Shown here: one piece after another, positions 34,073 to 43,448 of the stretch
How positions within the stretch are numbered: the stretch's first letter is position 1
Layout of the letters: the number at the start of each line of letters is the position of its first letter
Origin: Bacteroidota bacterium
GTDB lineage: Bacteria > Bacteroidota > Ignavibacteria > UBA10030
Direction of reading: 5' to 3'
NCBI GenBank assembly: GCA_040882165.1
Contig: JBBEBV010000008.1
Location: 1-48,883, forward strand
Length of the DNA: 48,883 bases
The notes under the pieces: model-generated
What the model was told of the DNA's origin: nothing
What the model saw: the letters and a program-made list of their open reading frames with translations, nothing else
The model's database searches: none
Translations under genes and position numbers: made by a program

Positions 34073-35461
34073 ATGCCGACGCAGGAAGCCGGGAAACCAT
34101 ACTCAACGCTGGCCCTCAGGAGTCCGGAGGAGTTGATGTTCGGTCGTGTGCCGAAACCGGTTTCTTGCGGCTATGGCCTGCAGCTGGGTGCCGGAGCCGT
34201 GTACCCGGAATTGAATTTCACGCTCCCCACCATGTTGATCGAGGAGGAAAGCTGGAGTTCCATCGTCAACCAGTATGACGAAATGGGAGAGATGATCCGT
34301 CGGACCGCGAAGCGTCTGCATCTTCCGGGGTTGATGATCGAGTTTGAATTGCTTCCTCCCATGACGGAACGGCCTGAGTGGGGGGCCCAGATCACGCGGG
34401 TTCTCGACAGCCATCTCAAGAAAGCCCATGAAGTCGACGGCCTGCCGTGCGCTCTACGCGTCACCCCGACCGATATCCGCGATGCCATTCGTCCGCCCCT
34501 GTTGCGGACCGGCAACGAATGGGAAACGTTGCTGACTTCGTTTGAAGCATGTGCCCTGGCCGGAGCGCACGTTCTCTCCATTGAATCGGTGGGAGGCAAG
34601 GAGCTGAACGATGAGGCGATGATGTATGGCGACGTGGAAGGGGTGATGTTTGCACTTGGTGTCCTTGCCCCGCGGGATATGCAGTTTCTCTGGAAGGAAA
34701 TCGTTTCGATTTGTACGGCGCACGGAGTTGTGCCCGGCGGGGATTCCGCCTGTGGGTTTGCCAATACGGCCATGCAGTTGTCGTCGCAGGGAATGCTCCC
34801 CGAAGTGTTTGCCGCAATGGTCCGGGGGGCAAGCGCCGTCCGAAGCCTTGTTGCGTACGAGTGTGGTGCTTTCGGGCCCTCGAAGGATTGTGCGTACGAA
34901 GGACCGATTCTCAAAGCCATCACCGGTGCGCCGATTGCGATGGAGGGGAAGTCGGCAAGCTGTGCCCATTTCAGTCCCGTCGGCAATGTGGCGGCGGCGA
35001 TGTGCGACCTCTGGAGCAACGAATCCGTGCAAAATGTCCGCCTTTTGTCCGGTCCAGCCCCGGAAGTGTTCCTGGAGCTCCTGACGTACGACTGCCGGTT
35101 GTTCAATGCCGCCCTTTCAACCGGATCGGAACGGACCTATCAACGGATGCTGGTCGAGTCGGATATTCATCTCAGTGCGCAGGCTCTCGTACTGTCCCCT
35201 GAATCCACGATCCGCATTGCCTCGGCGATCGTGCGGGAGCGTACGCACTATCGGCAGACAATCGCAGCGGCATTGGAAGCGCTCCATGTCATTCGTGATG
35301 CTGTTCGGGACAAAACCCTGGCTCTCTCGCCGAAAGAACACCAATGGCTTGACAAAATCGAGTCTGCCCTGGAGGCGCTCCCGGCCGGGGAGGGGGGGAT
35401 CATGGACTCGATGATCGATCGCTACGGTCACCTCTTCACTCCGTCAAGCTACGGTCTCTGA
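34073..35461 (+). CDS. mtaB: methanol:corrinoid methyltransferase MtaB homologue
   Basis: 462 aa. Long colinear blocks match Methanosarcina MtaB as I recall it: SIESVGGKE, GDSACGFANTAMQ, SLVAYECGAFGPSKDCAYEGPILKAITGAPIAMEGKSASCAHFSPVGN, CDLWSNESV and LTYDCRLFNAAL. Confidence 0.85.
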   Translation: MPTQEAGKPYSTLALRSPEELMFGRVPKPVSCGYGLQLGAGAVYPELNFTLPTMLIEEESWSSIVNQYDEMGEMIRRTAKRLHLPGLMIEFELLPPMTERPEWGAQITRVLDSHLKKAHEVDGLPCALRVTPTDIRDAIRPPLLRTGNEWETLLTSFEACALAGAHVLSIESVGGKELNDEAMMYGDVEGVMFALGVLAPRDMQFLWKEIVSICTAHGVVPGGDSACGFANTAMQLSSQGMLPEVFAAMVRGASAVRSLVAYECGAFGPSKDCAYEGPILKAITGAPIAMEGKSASCAHFSPVGNVAAAMCDLWSNESVQNVRLLSGPAPEVFLELLTYDCRLFNAALSTGSERTYQRMLVESDIHLSAQALVLSPESTIRIASAIVRERTHYRQTIAAALEALHVIRDAVRDKTLALSPKEHQWLDKIESALEALPAGEGGIMDSMIDRYGHLFTPSSYGL

Positions 35462-35544
35462 CAAGAATCTTGAAGGTCTAAAGCGAACCAAACTTTTTGT
35501 AAATTCCCTTCATCACTCACCACACTACAGGATTGAGGTTTAGA

Positions 35545-37941
35545 ATGTCCACATTACGCGACGCCCTTTCCCAAGTCCGTACGATTCAATATACTTCTCC
35601 CAACCTTCTGGTAGAGCAAACGGTTGCCCGGGAGCTCCAGGCAGCTTTCAGTCCGGGGGCGGCCATCAAACGCTCTGCGGGATTGAACGCCCCCAGAGGC
35701 ACCCTCCGCATTGCGGTCGTCCCGGACAACAAAGAATGGAAAACAATCCATCGCTCGTTGGCCGGTGGGAAAGATTGGATCATGGCGCGGGTGTCCGAAG
35801 GAGGTGGGGTGGAAGTGCTTGCCTCCAAACCGCACCTCCTTTATTATTTGTGTACGTTTGTGTCAGGCGACTGGGCCGCCATGCCGCTTTCGGTCTTTGC
35901 GGCGGGGAAGATCGTGGTTCCGACATTCCCGAACATGCGGCCGGCGTATGATGTGTTCCTCACCCAACACGGGCGGACCGTCCGCAATTTCGATCGAGAC
36001 GAGTACGTGCGCAATCTTGCACGGCTCGGTTTCTCACACGTTGAAGTCAACGGCCTCGCGATGCCCGTCCCGTTCGAACGGGGCCCGCAGGGAGAATTGC
36101 TTCACCGGTTCTACACTTATTGCCCGTCGCTGGATCAGTTTGTCACCAGCAAGCTGAACAATGGATACTATGATGACGATTATCTCCAGGCAAACCTGAA
36201 CTTTCTGAAGACGAACGCGGAACTGGCGGAGAAGTATGGTCTCGCCCCGGGACTCGTTTGCTTCGAGCCGCGGTCGGTACCGGACAATCTTCTCCAACGC
36301 TACCCCATGCTGCGGGGCGCTCGTGTGGACCATCCCATCCGAAGCTGGCATCCGCGTTTTAACCTCTCCATCGCGCATCCGGTTGTTCAACAACACTATG
36401 CTGAGCTCATGGAGAACCTGCTGCGGGAAGTGCCGACCATCGACTACATCTCCATCTGGTCGAACGACAGCGGCGCGGGGTTCGAATATACGAACTCCCT
36501 CTACGTTGGACGCAACGGCGGCGGCTATGTGATCCGGGAATGGAAAGGGGATAAGGAGATTGCCGAATCGGCGGCGAACAACCTGATGCGGTACATGCGC
36601 ATTCTGCGAGACGCCGGGAGAAAGGTCAACCCGCGCTTTCGGACTCTGATCCGGCTGGAGCCGTTTTGGGCGGAACATGACTATATCTGGGCGCAGCTGG
36701 GCGACGGCCTGGATGTGGAGGTTTCCTCTCTTCTTACGAAAGGCTGGAAGCTCGCGTACAAACATCCGAAATACAAAGAAGCCCGCGAGATCCATGGCAC
36801 GGCACTCCACAACCGTTTCGCCGATGCCGAGAAGCCGTTGATCAGCGAGCTGAAGAAAAAGGGATCGCGTGCCGATGTCTATTTTAATCCGGGCCTCGGG
36901 TGGAACCACGAACCGCTGCTGGGAATTACGTTTCCATGGCTGGTGTTCGACAAAATCAAGGACATGGCAAAAGTTGGGGTAGAGACCCCATGCTACACCA
37001 GCGGTACGATTCCCCCCTCCTTCGCGCCGTACAATATTAACCAGGAGCTCGTTCGTGCGTTTCAGGCCGATAAAAATCTCGATCTGCAGGCGTTCCTCCT
37101 TGCCAAGGCGAAGGAATGGATCGGCTCGCGGCTGGCAGCCGATCTCGTCAAAGTGTGGAAACACTCCGACGAGGCGCTTCGTTCGCATCCCATACCGATC
37201 TGGATTTATTCATCGTGGGGAGTTTGGTACCGTTTGTTGACCCGTCCGATCGTCCCGAACGTCGAGAAAATTTCGGAGGAGGACCGGGCGTATTACGAGA
37301 AATTCCTGTTGGCCACATCGCATAACCGCTGCCGTGTTGACTTCCGGTACGACGTGGGGTTCGATCTTGTCGACCCGCAGCATGCCCACACATGCATCAG
37401 GCTTATGAACCGGAATCTGTTCCCGGAGATTGAAGCCGCACTGAAATTGTTGAAAAAGATGCGGGCGACTGCAACGAACAATGTTGAACGTGCCGTCGTG
37501 GAAGACCAGTACGATCGCATGCGGGCGCTGTTTTGCTGGTACCGAACCCAGCGTAACGTCACCGCCTGGGTCGCCGGTGTGCATACCTACCTTGAAACAA
37601 CCGACAAGCGGAAGCGCCGGGAGTCACGCGCGATGCTCAAGGAAATGGTCCTTGATGAAATTGAGAACGCGAAGGACCTGCTCGATCTGTGGGAAACCTC
37701 GAAGACCAACTGGATGATCGTCTCCGGCGTCGGCGAGACAACGTTTATTTATTATAAGAACTTCGGGGAGCAGGTAAAACGGAAGATCCAGTTGATGAAA
37801 GGGCGGGAGAACGACGAACCGTACGTCGATCCGGATTTCCAGTGGCGCGTCCCCGGGTTTGAGGATTATCTCTACAAGGAAACATCACAGCCGGTACCCA
37901 GGGGCCGTAAGAAAGCAGACGGCAGCTTCGGTGTCAGTTGA
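35545..37941 (+). CDS. hypothetical cytoplasmic protein (798 aa), possible TIM-barrel glycosidase-like core, family not recognised
   Basis: The ORF track starts at the TTG at 35533, and the first ATG is at 35545. There is no signal peptide. The central region (VRNLARLGFSHVEVNGLA, LVCFEPRS, ISIWSNDSGAGFEY) suggests alternating beta/alpha structure, and the C-terminal third is helical. Confidence 0.5.
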   Translation: MSTLRDALSQVRTIQYTSPNLLVEQTVARELQAAFSPGAAIKRSAGLNAPRGTLRIAVVPDNKEWKTIHRSLAGGKDWIMARVSEGGGVEVLASKPHLLYYLCTFVSGDWAAMPLSVFAAGKIVVPTFPNMRPAYDVFLTQHGRTVRNFDRDEYVRNLARLGFSHVEVNGLAMPVPFERGPQGELLHRFYTYCPSLDQFVTSKLNNGYYDDDYLQANLNFLKTNAELAEKYGLAPGLVCFEPRSVPDNLLQRYPMLRGARVDHPIRSWHPRFNLSIAHPVVQQHYAELMENLLREVPTIDYISIWSNDSGAGFEYTNSLYVGRNGGGYVIREWKGDKEIAESAANNLMRYMRILRDAGRKVNPRFRTLIRLEPFWAEHDYIWAQLGDGLDVEVSSLLTKGWKLAYKHPKYKEAREIHGTALHNRFADAEKPLISELKKKGSRADVYFNPGLGWNHEPLLGITFPWLVFDKIKDMAKVGVETPCYTSGTIPPSFAPYNINQELVRAFQADKNLDLQAFLLAKAKEWIGSRLAADLVKVWKHSDEALRSHPIPIWIYSSWGVWYRLLTRPIVPNVEKISEEDRAYYEKFLLATSHNRCRVDFRYDVGFDLVDPQHAHTCIRLMNRNLFPEIEAALKLLKKMRATATNNVERAVVEDQYDRMRALFCWYRTQRNVTAWVAGVHTYLETTDKRKRRESRAMLKEMVLDEIENAKDLLDLWETSKTNWMIVSGVGETTFIYYKNFGEQVKRKIQLMKGRENDEPYVDPDFQWRVPGFEDYLYKETSQPVPRGRKKADGSFGVS

Positions 37942-37999
37942 TCAGTCCGCCACCAGCATGGATCCATCCACCCCTGTTCCCTGAGGGGGCGGGTGTTGC

Positions 38000-39151
38000 A
38001 TGAAGACCATCCTTCTTGCCCCGGATTCCTTCAAAGGCTCTCTCACAGCGCATGAAGCTGTGGAGGCCATGGAACTTGGCGTTCTGGCGATCACCCCGGA
38101 CGCTCATATTATCCGCCACCCGGTCTCCGACGGAGGCGAGGGGCTGGTCCAGGTACTCTCCCAGGCAATGGGAGGAACGATCCGTCACAGCTTCGTTCAC
38201 GGACCGCTTCCCGGTCAAAAGGTAAAGGCCCGGTGGGCGCTCTCCACAGACGGATCGACAGCCATGCTGGAAATGGCGGAAGCCGCGGGACTCTCGCTCG
38301 TGCCGGTCGATCGACGCGATCCGAAGATCACAACAACATACGGTGTCGGGGAACTTCTTCGTGCGGCGCTTGATGGCGGTGCGCGCTCGATCATCCTCGG
38401 TATCGGGGGGAGCGGGACGAACGACGGCGGTGCAGGATTGGCGGAGGCCCTTGGAGTGAAGCTGCTCGACGGTGGTGGACACCCCCTGCAACAAGGAGGC
38501 GCAGCGCTTCAACAACTTTCCAGCATCGATATTAGTGGGATGGATGGAAGATTGAAGAATGTTTCGCTGACCGTTGCGTGCGATGTCCATAATACCCTCT
38601 GCGGAGAGGAGGGGGCCAGTGCGGTCTACGGTCCCCAAAAAGGAGCGACGGCGGAGGATGTACAGCTTCTCGATTCGGCGCTCCATCATTACGGCGAATG
38701 TCTTCGTACCGTCCTGCATGTCGATGTCTTTTCGATTCCCGGCGGTGGAGCGGCGGGGGGATTGGGAGCCGGACTGGTCGCCTTCTGCGGTGCGAAGCTG
38801 AGGCCAGGGATTGATGTTGTGTTGGATGCCACACGATTCGATGAAATTCTCCGCTCGGCCGACCTTGTCATAACGGGAGAAGGGAGGATCGATGAGCAGG
38901 TTCAGTTTGGAAAGGCTCTCGCCGGGGTCATCGGCCGATCCCGACGAGCAGGGATTCCTGTTGCGGCCGTTGTCGGCGCGCTTCAGGGGGAACGAAACAG
39001 GTTTGTGAACAGCGACTTCCTGGTCGATCTGGAAACCCTCGTCGATGGCTCCACCACCTCGCACGATGCCATGCGCCACGCTGCCGAACTCCTCACAGCA
39101 AAGACCGGCGTGCTCCTCCGGCGAATCCTCCGCCTGCACCATAGCCCTTGA
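38000..39151 (+). CDS. glycerate kinase (GlxK/GarK family)
   Basis: 383 aa with the hallmark N-terminus MKTILLAPDSFKGSLTA, plus GIGGSGTNDGGAG and VITGEGRID. Confidence 0.9.
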   Translation: MKTILLAPDSFKGSLTAHEAVEAMELGVLAITPDAHIIRHPVSDGGEGLVQVLSQAMGGTIRHSFVHGPLPGQKVKARWALSTDGSTAMLEMAEAAGLSLVPVDRRDPKITTTYGVGELLRAALDGGARSIILGIGGSGTNDGGAGLAEALGVKLLDGGGHPLQQGGAALQQLSSIDISGMDGRLKNVSLTVACDVHNTLCGEEGASAVYGPQKGATAEDVQLLDSALHHYGECLRTVLHVDVFSIPGGGAAGGLGAGLVAFCGAKLRPGIDVVLDATRFDEILRSADLVITGEGRIDEQVQFGKALAGVIGRSRRAGIPVAAVVGALQGERNRFVNSDFLVDLETLVDGSTTSHDAMRHAAELLTAKTGVLLRRILRLHHSP

Positions 39152-39211
39152 AGCCAATATTCCGTATACTCCTTCGTTGATTCCCATACCTCCATTCGGA
39201 AAACAATCTCC

Positions 39212-40129
39212 TTGACGACGCGCCCCCGCTTTGCCGATCTCGCAACCGTTAGCTTTATGACCCTTGTGTGGGGATTTTCGTGGCCCGTCACGATCGTCGG
39301 TCTCCGGTACTGCGACCCGATGTTGCTTGCAAGCCTGCGATGCGTTCTTGGCGGATCGCTGATCTATCTCTGGATGTTGCGCAAGCCGGAGCGGGAGCGG
39401 TATGACCGGAAGGGACTTCAAACTGCGCTGGTGGTGGGCTCATTCTGGGTCGGTATCCCGACGGCCCTCTCGGTATGGGCGCTCCAGTACATCGGTGGAG
39501 GCCTTGGCGCCATCCTGCAGAGCACCGTTCCTTTCTTCATTGCGCTCTTTGCACATTTCTATCTCGGCCAGAACCAGTTGAATGTGGGAAAAATCGCAGG
39601 GATGGTTCTTGGTTTTATCGGAATCATTGTGTTATTTTCCGACGATCCATTGGATGCGGAGAACGCTTGGGCGCTGGCCGGCGGACTTGCAGTGGTGCTC
39701 AGCGCGGTCTCCATCGGCTTCGCACAATCGTATTCGCTCAGGCATTTCAAGGGAAAGGACAACACCTCCTTTAATATGTATCTTCAGCTGTTTGGCGGAC
39801 TCGTCATCCTGCCGTTCGCATTCTTTGGGGGCTTGCCCCGGTTTGAGACCAGCACTGAGCTGTTTGGAGTCTTGTTCTTCCTCTCCCTGTTCGCCACCGC
39901 CATTCCGTTTACGATGTACTTTGAGCTGTTCCGACGGGTCGATTTCGTCGTTCTCTCGATGATGGCGTACGTGATCCCGGTGGTCGCGGTGGTGGCGGGC
40001 ATCGTCTGGCTCGGTGAGCGAATGTCCCTGATTGATGCAGCAGGTGCGGTGCTCGTCATCGTGGGTGTTCTGATTGCAACACAGTTCGATTTTCTCCGTT
40101 CAAAATTGTTTCCCCGATTAATCTCATAA
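39212..40129 (+). CDS. EamA/DMT-family transporter
   Basis: 305 aa from the TTG at 39212 (an alternative ATG lies at 39257). It has about ten hydrophobic segments in two similar halves. Confidence 0.75.
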   Translation: MTTRPRFADLATVSFMTLVWGFSWPVTIVGLRYCDPMLLASLRCVLGGSLIYLWMLRKPERERYDRKGLQTALVVGSFWVGIPTALSVWALQYIGGGLGAILQSTVPFFIALFAHFYLGQNQLNVGKIAGMVLGFIGIIVLFSDDPLDAENAWALAGGLAVVLSAVSIGFAQSYSLRHFKGKDNTSFNMYLQLFGGLVILPFAFFGGLPRFETSTELFGVLFFLSLFATAIPFTMYFELFRRVDFVVLSMMAYVIPVVAVVAGIVWLGERMSLIDAAGAVLVIVGVLIATQFDFLRSKLFPRLIS

Positions 40130-40138
40130 AGGTCACTC

Positions 40139-41050
40139 ATGATTCGCATCGGTTTGGTCGATCTCGACACATCGCATCCGAAAGTCTTCACCAAAATTCT
40201 CAACTCCCTGCCCGACGTCAAAGTAACAGCCCTCTGGGATGGCCGCGATGTCTGGCCGGAGGGGTACGATGAACGGTTTGCCAAAGAGAATGACATCCCG
40301 CATGTCTGTAAAAAACTCGAGGACATGCTGGAACACGTCGATGCCGCGATGATCCATGGAACAAACTGGGACAAGCATGTGGACAAGGCCTTTCCCTTCG
40401 TCGAGGCGAAGAAACCGGTGTTGATCGATAAACCGGTTGTGGGGAAGGTGAAGGACATTTACGCACTCCTGGAACTCCAGGCGGCACATAAAACCCCCAT
40501 TTACGGCGGCTCGGCGCTCCGGTTTGCACAGGAGGTCGCGATCTTCCGATCGGAAGCCGCCGCATTCGGCCAGATCGTCTCTGCCGTCGCGACCGGCCCG
40601 GGCGATTTCTTCAGTTACGGCATTCATACGATGGAAATGGCACAGGGGGTGCTTGGCACCGGCGCGAACTACGTCGAGTATATCGCCGAGAACAAAACGG
40701 CGATTTTCTCGATTACGTACCACAACGGCTTTGTGCTGATTCTCCAGCTCCATCAGCCCTTTTATGAGTGGACGTTGAATCTGTATACCACCACGGGTCA
40801 GCATTCCATGAAAGTTGATGCCGCGCGCTTGTACGAACCGTTCCTCCATAAGTTCGTCGAATTGATCAAGGGGAATACGATTCAGTATTCGCTTGAGGAT
40901 CCCCTGGAGGCCGTGAAGATCCACATTGCTGCAAAGCTTTCGCGCCAGCATGGCGGAAAGATTTATCTGTCGGAGGTTCCGTCGGAGGAAGGATTCGATG
41001 GGACTGCTTTTGCGGCGGAATATGCCGCGGCAAAACGCCGGGGTGGATAG
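40139..41050 (+). CDS. Gfo/Idh/MocA-like protein with degenerate dinucleotide-binding loop
   Basis: 303 aa. It reads MIRIGLVDLDTSHP where GxGxxG is expected, and VLIDKP resembles the EKP motif. The stop abuts the next start (TAGATG). Confidence 0.5.
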   Translation: MIRIGLVDLDTSHPKVFTKILNSLPDVKVTALWDGRDVWPEGYDERFAKENDIPHVCKKLEDMLEHVDAAMIHGTNWDKHVDKAFPFVEAKKPVLIDKPVVGKVKDIYALLELQAAHKTPIYGGSALRFAQEVAIFRSEAAAFGQIVSAVATGPGDFFSYGIHTMEMAQGVLGTGANYVEYIAENKTAIFSITYHNGFVLILQLHQPFYEWTLNLYTTTGQHSMKVDAARLYEPFLHKFVELIKGNTIQYSLEDPLEAVKIHIAAKLSRQHGGKIYLSEVPSEEGFDGTAFAAEYAAAKRRGG

Positions 41051-41944
41051 ATGGCGCAGCATGATCCGCGCCTGATCATCCTGGCGGGGGGCATTTCCTC
41101 CCGCATGAAGATTCCGGCAACGACCAGGATCGGTGACGAACTGGAGAAACAAGCCACCGATCGGACGAAGGGAATGATTGGTGTGGGAGCCGACGGTCGA
41201 CCTTTTTTGGACTACCTCTTGTACTATGCACGTGAAGCCGGTCTCCGGGAGGTTCTTCTCGTGATCGGGGAGCGCGATCATGCGGTTCGGCCGTACTATG
41301 GGGGGCGGGATCGCGGGAATGTTTTCCACGGGCTCTCGATCTCCTATGCAGTTCAATCGATTGCTCCCGGAAGAGTGAAGCCCCTGGGGACGGGAGACGC
41401 TTTGTATCAGGCGCTCTCAGCCCGGCCTGATTGGGCCGGCGGGGATTTCATCGTCTGCAACAGCGATAATCTGTACTCGATCCGCGCATTTACGATGCTG
41501 CTCCGGGACGGGGCGCCGAACAGTCTCATCGACTATGACCGGTCGGGACTGGAGTTCGACGAAAAGCGTATCGCCCAGTTCGGAGTCACAAAAAAAGATG
41601 CCGAGGGATACCTGCTGGAAATTATTGAGAAACCTCCGGCGGAACAGCTTGAGAAACTGCGCGACAGAGACGGAACGTTGCGCATCAGCATGAACATCTT
41701 TCGTCTGCAGTACGACATGGTGTTCCCATTTCTTCAAGAATGTCCCATCCACCCCGTGCGGCAGGAAAAAGAACTGGTCGCCGCGGTAACGCTGATGTCG
41801 CAGGAACTCCCCCGCTCCGTCAAGGCCTTGCCGTTGAAAGAGCATGTTCCGGATTTGACGTATCAGGGGGACATCCCCGGCGTCCAGGAGTTTATCGGGA
41901 AAAATTTTCCCGCTTCTCTTTGGGAACAAGGAAGGACCCATTGA
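41051..41944 (+). CDS. sugar-1-phosphate nucleotidylyltransferase (NTP_transferase fold)
   Basis: 297 aa with the LAGGISSRMK (GxGxR) loop and LGTGDALYQA. Confidence 0.75.
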   Translation: MAQHDPRLIILAGGISSRMKIPATTRIGDELEKQATDRTKGMIGVGADGRPFLDYLLYYAREAGLREVLLVIGERDHAVRPYYGGRDRGNVFHGLSISYAVQSIAPGRVKPLGTGDALYQALSARPDWAGGDFIVCNSDNLYSIRAFTMLLRDGAPNSLIDYDRSGLEFDEKRIAQFGVTKKDAEGYLLEIIEKPPAEQLEKLRDRDGTLRISMNIFRLQYDMVFPFLQECPIHPVRQEKELVAAVTLMSQELPRSVKALPLKEHVPDLTYQGDIPGVQEFIGKNFPASLWEQGRTH

Positions 41945-41976
41945 GCGTACATTCACAGTAGAACCAGACCCCATCG

Positions 41977-43437
41977 TTGATCTCGAATGCCGACGTACAG
42001 TTTTCGGAGCGGCTGCAGGCGGTCTATCATTGCCGCGCAGGCGAACTCCCTCCCCACCTGATCCGCTACACACGCCTCATCGATCTGTTCCATACCCGGT
42101 ACGGTGACACCGGGACGGTGACAATCGTCCGGGCGCCCGGTCGCGTTAATCTCATCGGCGAACACACCGACTATAACGGTTACCCCGTCCTTCCCATGAC
42201 GATTGACCGGGATATCGTGTTCATCGTCGCTCCCTCGGATGACAACGAGATCAACCTCATCAATGAAGATACCTCCTTCGGCGAACGGTCGTTCACCGCC
42301 TCACGCACGATCACGCCGTATAAGCAAGGGGATTGGGGAAATTACGTCAAGGCGGCTGTGCAAGGACTGATCCACGAAGGGGTCGTTGAGGAGCGTTCGG
42401 CCAAAGGATTTCGCGCTGTCGTTGGTGGAACGATTCCGGGTTCGGCGGGACTCTCTTCCTCTTCCGCTCTCGTTGTCGCATCGGGGTTGGCGTTCCTTGC
42501 CGTCAACCACAAGAACGTTGAACCGATGCTCCTGGCGGACCAGCTTGCACGCGCCGAGCGGTACGTCGGGATGGAGGGGGGAGGCATGGATCAGGCGATC
42601 TCGCTCCTGGGGGATGCGGGGAAGGCGTTGAAGATTAACTTTTATCCGCTCCGGCAGGAATCCATCCAACTGCCGGAAAGTGTTGCCTTCGTGGTCTGCA
42701 ACAGTCTCGTCCAGGCATCGAAGAGCGCATCCGGACGGGACGCGTATAATCTGCGCGTGGTCGAATGTCGCCTGGCTGCCGCACTTTTTTCTTTCTCCCT
42801 CTCAAAGAAACTCGGAAAACCAATCACGGCGCGTCTTCTCTCCGATCTTGCTCCTTCCCTCCTTCATCGTACCGAACAAGAGGTTGAACAGGACGCACGC
42901 CTGGCTCTCGGCACACTGCCGCTTTCCCTTTCAGAAATTGCCCTCCGGCTGAGGGAGGATCCATCCGAAGTCCGTCGTCGCCTTTGCACGCTGAAAGACG
43001 GTTCCGTCGTTACCGAACCGCCGGCGGGATTCAAAGTCCGGCAACGGTACCGCCATGTCGTTTCAGAAGCCGCCAGGGTTGAACGGTCCGCCGCGGCTTT
43101 ATCCTCCGGCGCTCTTGATGAATTTGCAGCATTGATGAACGAGTCGCATGCCAGTTGTCGCGACGACTATGAAGTAAGTTGTGACGAGCTTGAAGTCCTG
43201 GTCACGATTGCCCGCGAGCATGGTGCCATAGGGGCGAGGCTTACAGGGGCCGGATTCGGGGGATGCACGGTGAATGTCGTTCCCGTTGAGCACGTTGGCC
43301 GTTTTCTCTCCGGCGTCCGGCGCGCGTACTATGAGACGTACAGAAGAGACCACCCGGAGAAGATATTTGTGCCGTTTCGCTCCATCGACGATGTGCTCTT
43401 CGTCTGCCGTGCAACAAAAGGGGCCGGTGTCGTTTGA
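41977..43437 (+). CDS. galactokinase-family GHMP kinase (long form, N-acetylgalactosamine-kinase-like)
   Basis: 486 aa from a TTG start. It has the galactokinase signature GRVNLIGEHTDYNGYPVLPM, the GHMP motif IPGSAGLSSSSALVVA and the C-terminal GAGFGGC. Confidence 0.85.
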   Translation: MISNADVQFSERLQAVYHCRAGELPPHLIRYTRLIDLFHTRYGDTGTVTIVRAPGRVNLIGEHTDYNGYPVLPMTIDRDIVFIVAPSDDNEINLINEDTSFGERSFTASRTITPYKQGDWGNYVKAAVQGLIHEGVVEERSAKGFRAVVGGTIPGSAGLSSSSALVVASGLAFLAVNHKNVEPMLLADQLARAERYVGMEGGGMDQAISLLGDAGKALKINFYPLRQESIQLPESVAFVVCNSLVQASKSASGRDAYNLRVVECRLAAALFSFSLSKKLGKPITARLLSDLAPSLLHRTEQEVEQDARLALGTLPLSLSEIALRLREDPSEVRRRLCTLKDGSVVTEPPAGFKVRQRYRHVVSEAARVERSAAALSSGALDEFAALMNESHASCRDDYEVSCDELEVLVTIAREHGAIGARLTGAGFGGCTVNVVPVEHVGRFLSGVRRAYYETYRRDHPEKIFVPFRSIDDVLFVCRATKGAGVV

Positions 43438-43448
43438 AAGGGGGGACC

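Noticed and set aside
31216-35461. Pyrrolysine-type in-frame UAG in the methyltransferase genes.
   Set aside because: All four ORFs are uninterrupted. The substrate methyltransferase is MtaB-type, which does not use pyrrolysine, and no MttB/MtbB/MtmB homologue or pyl genes are present.
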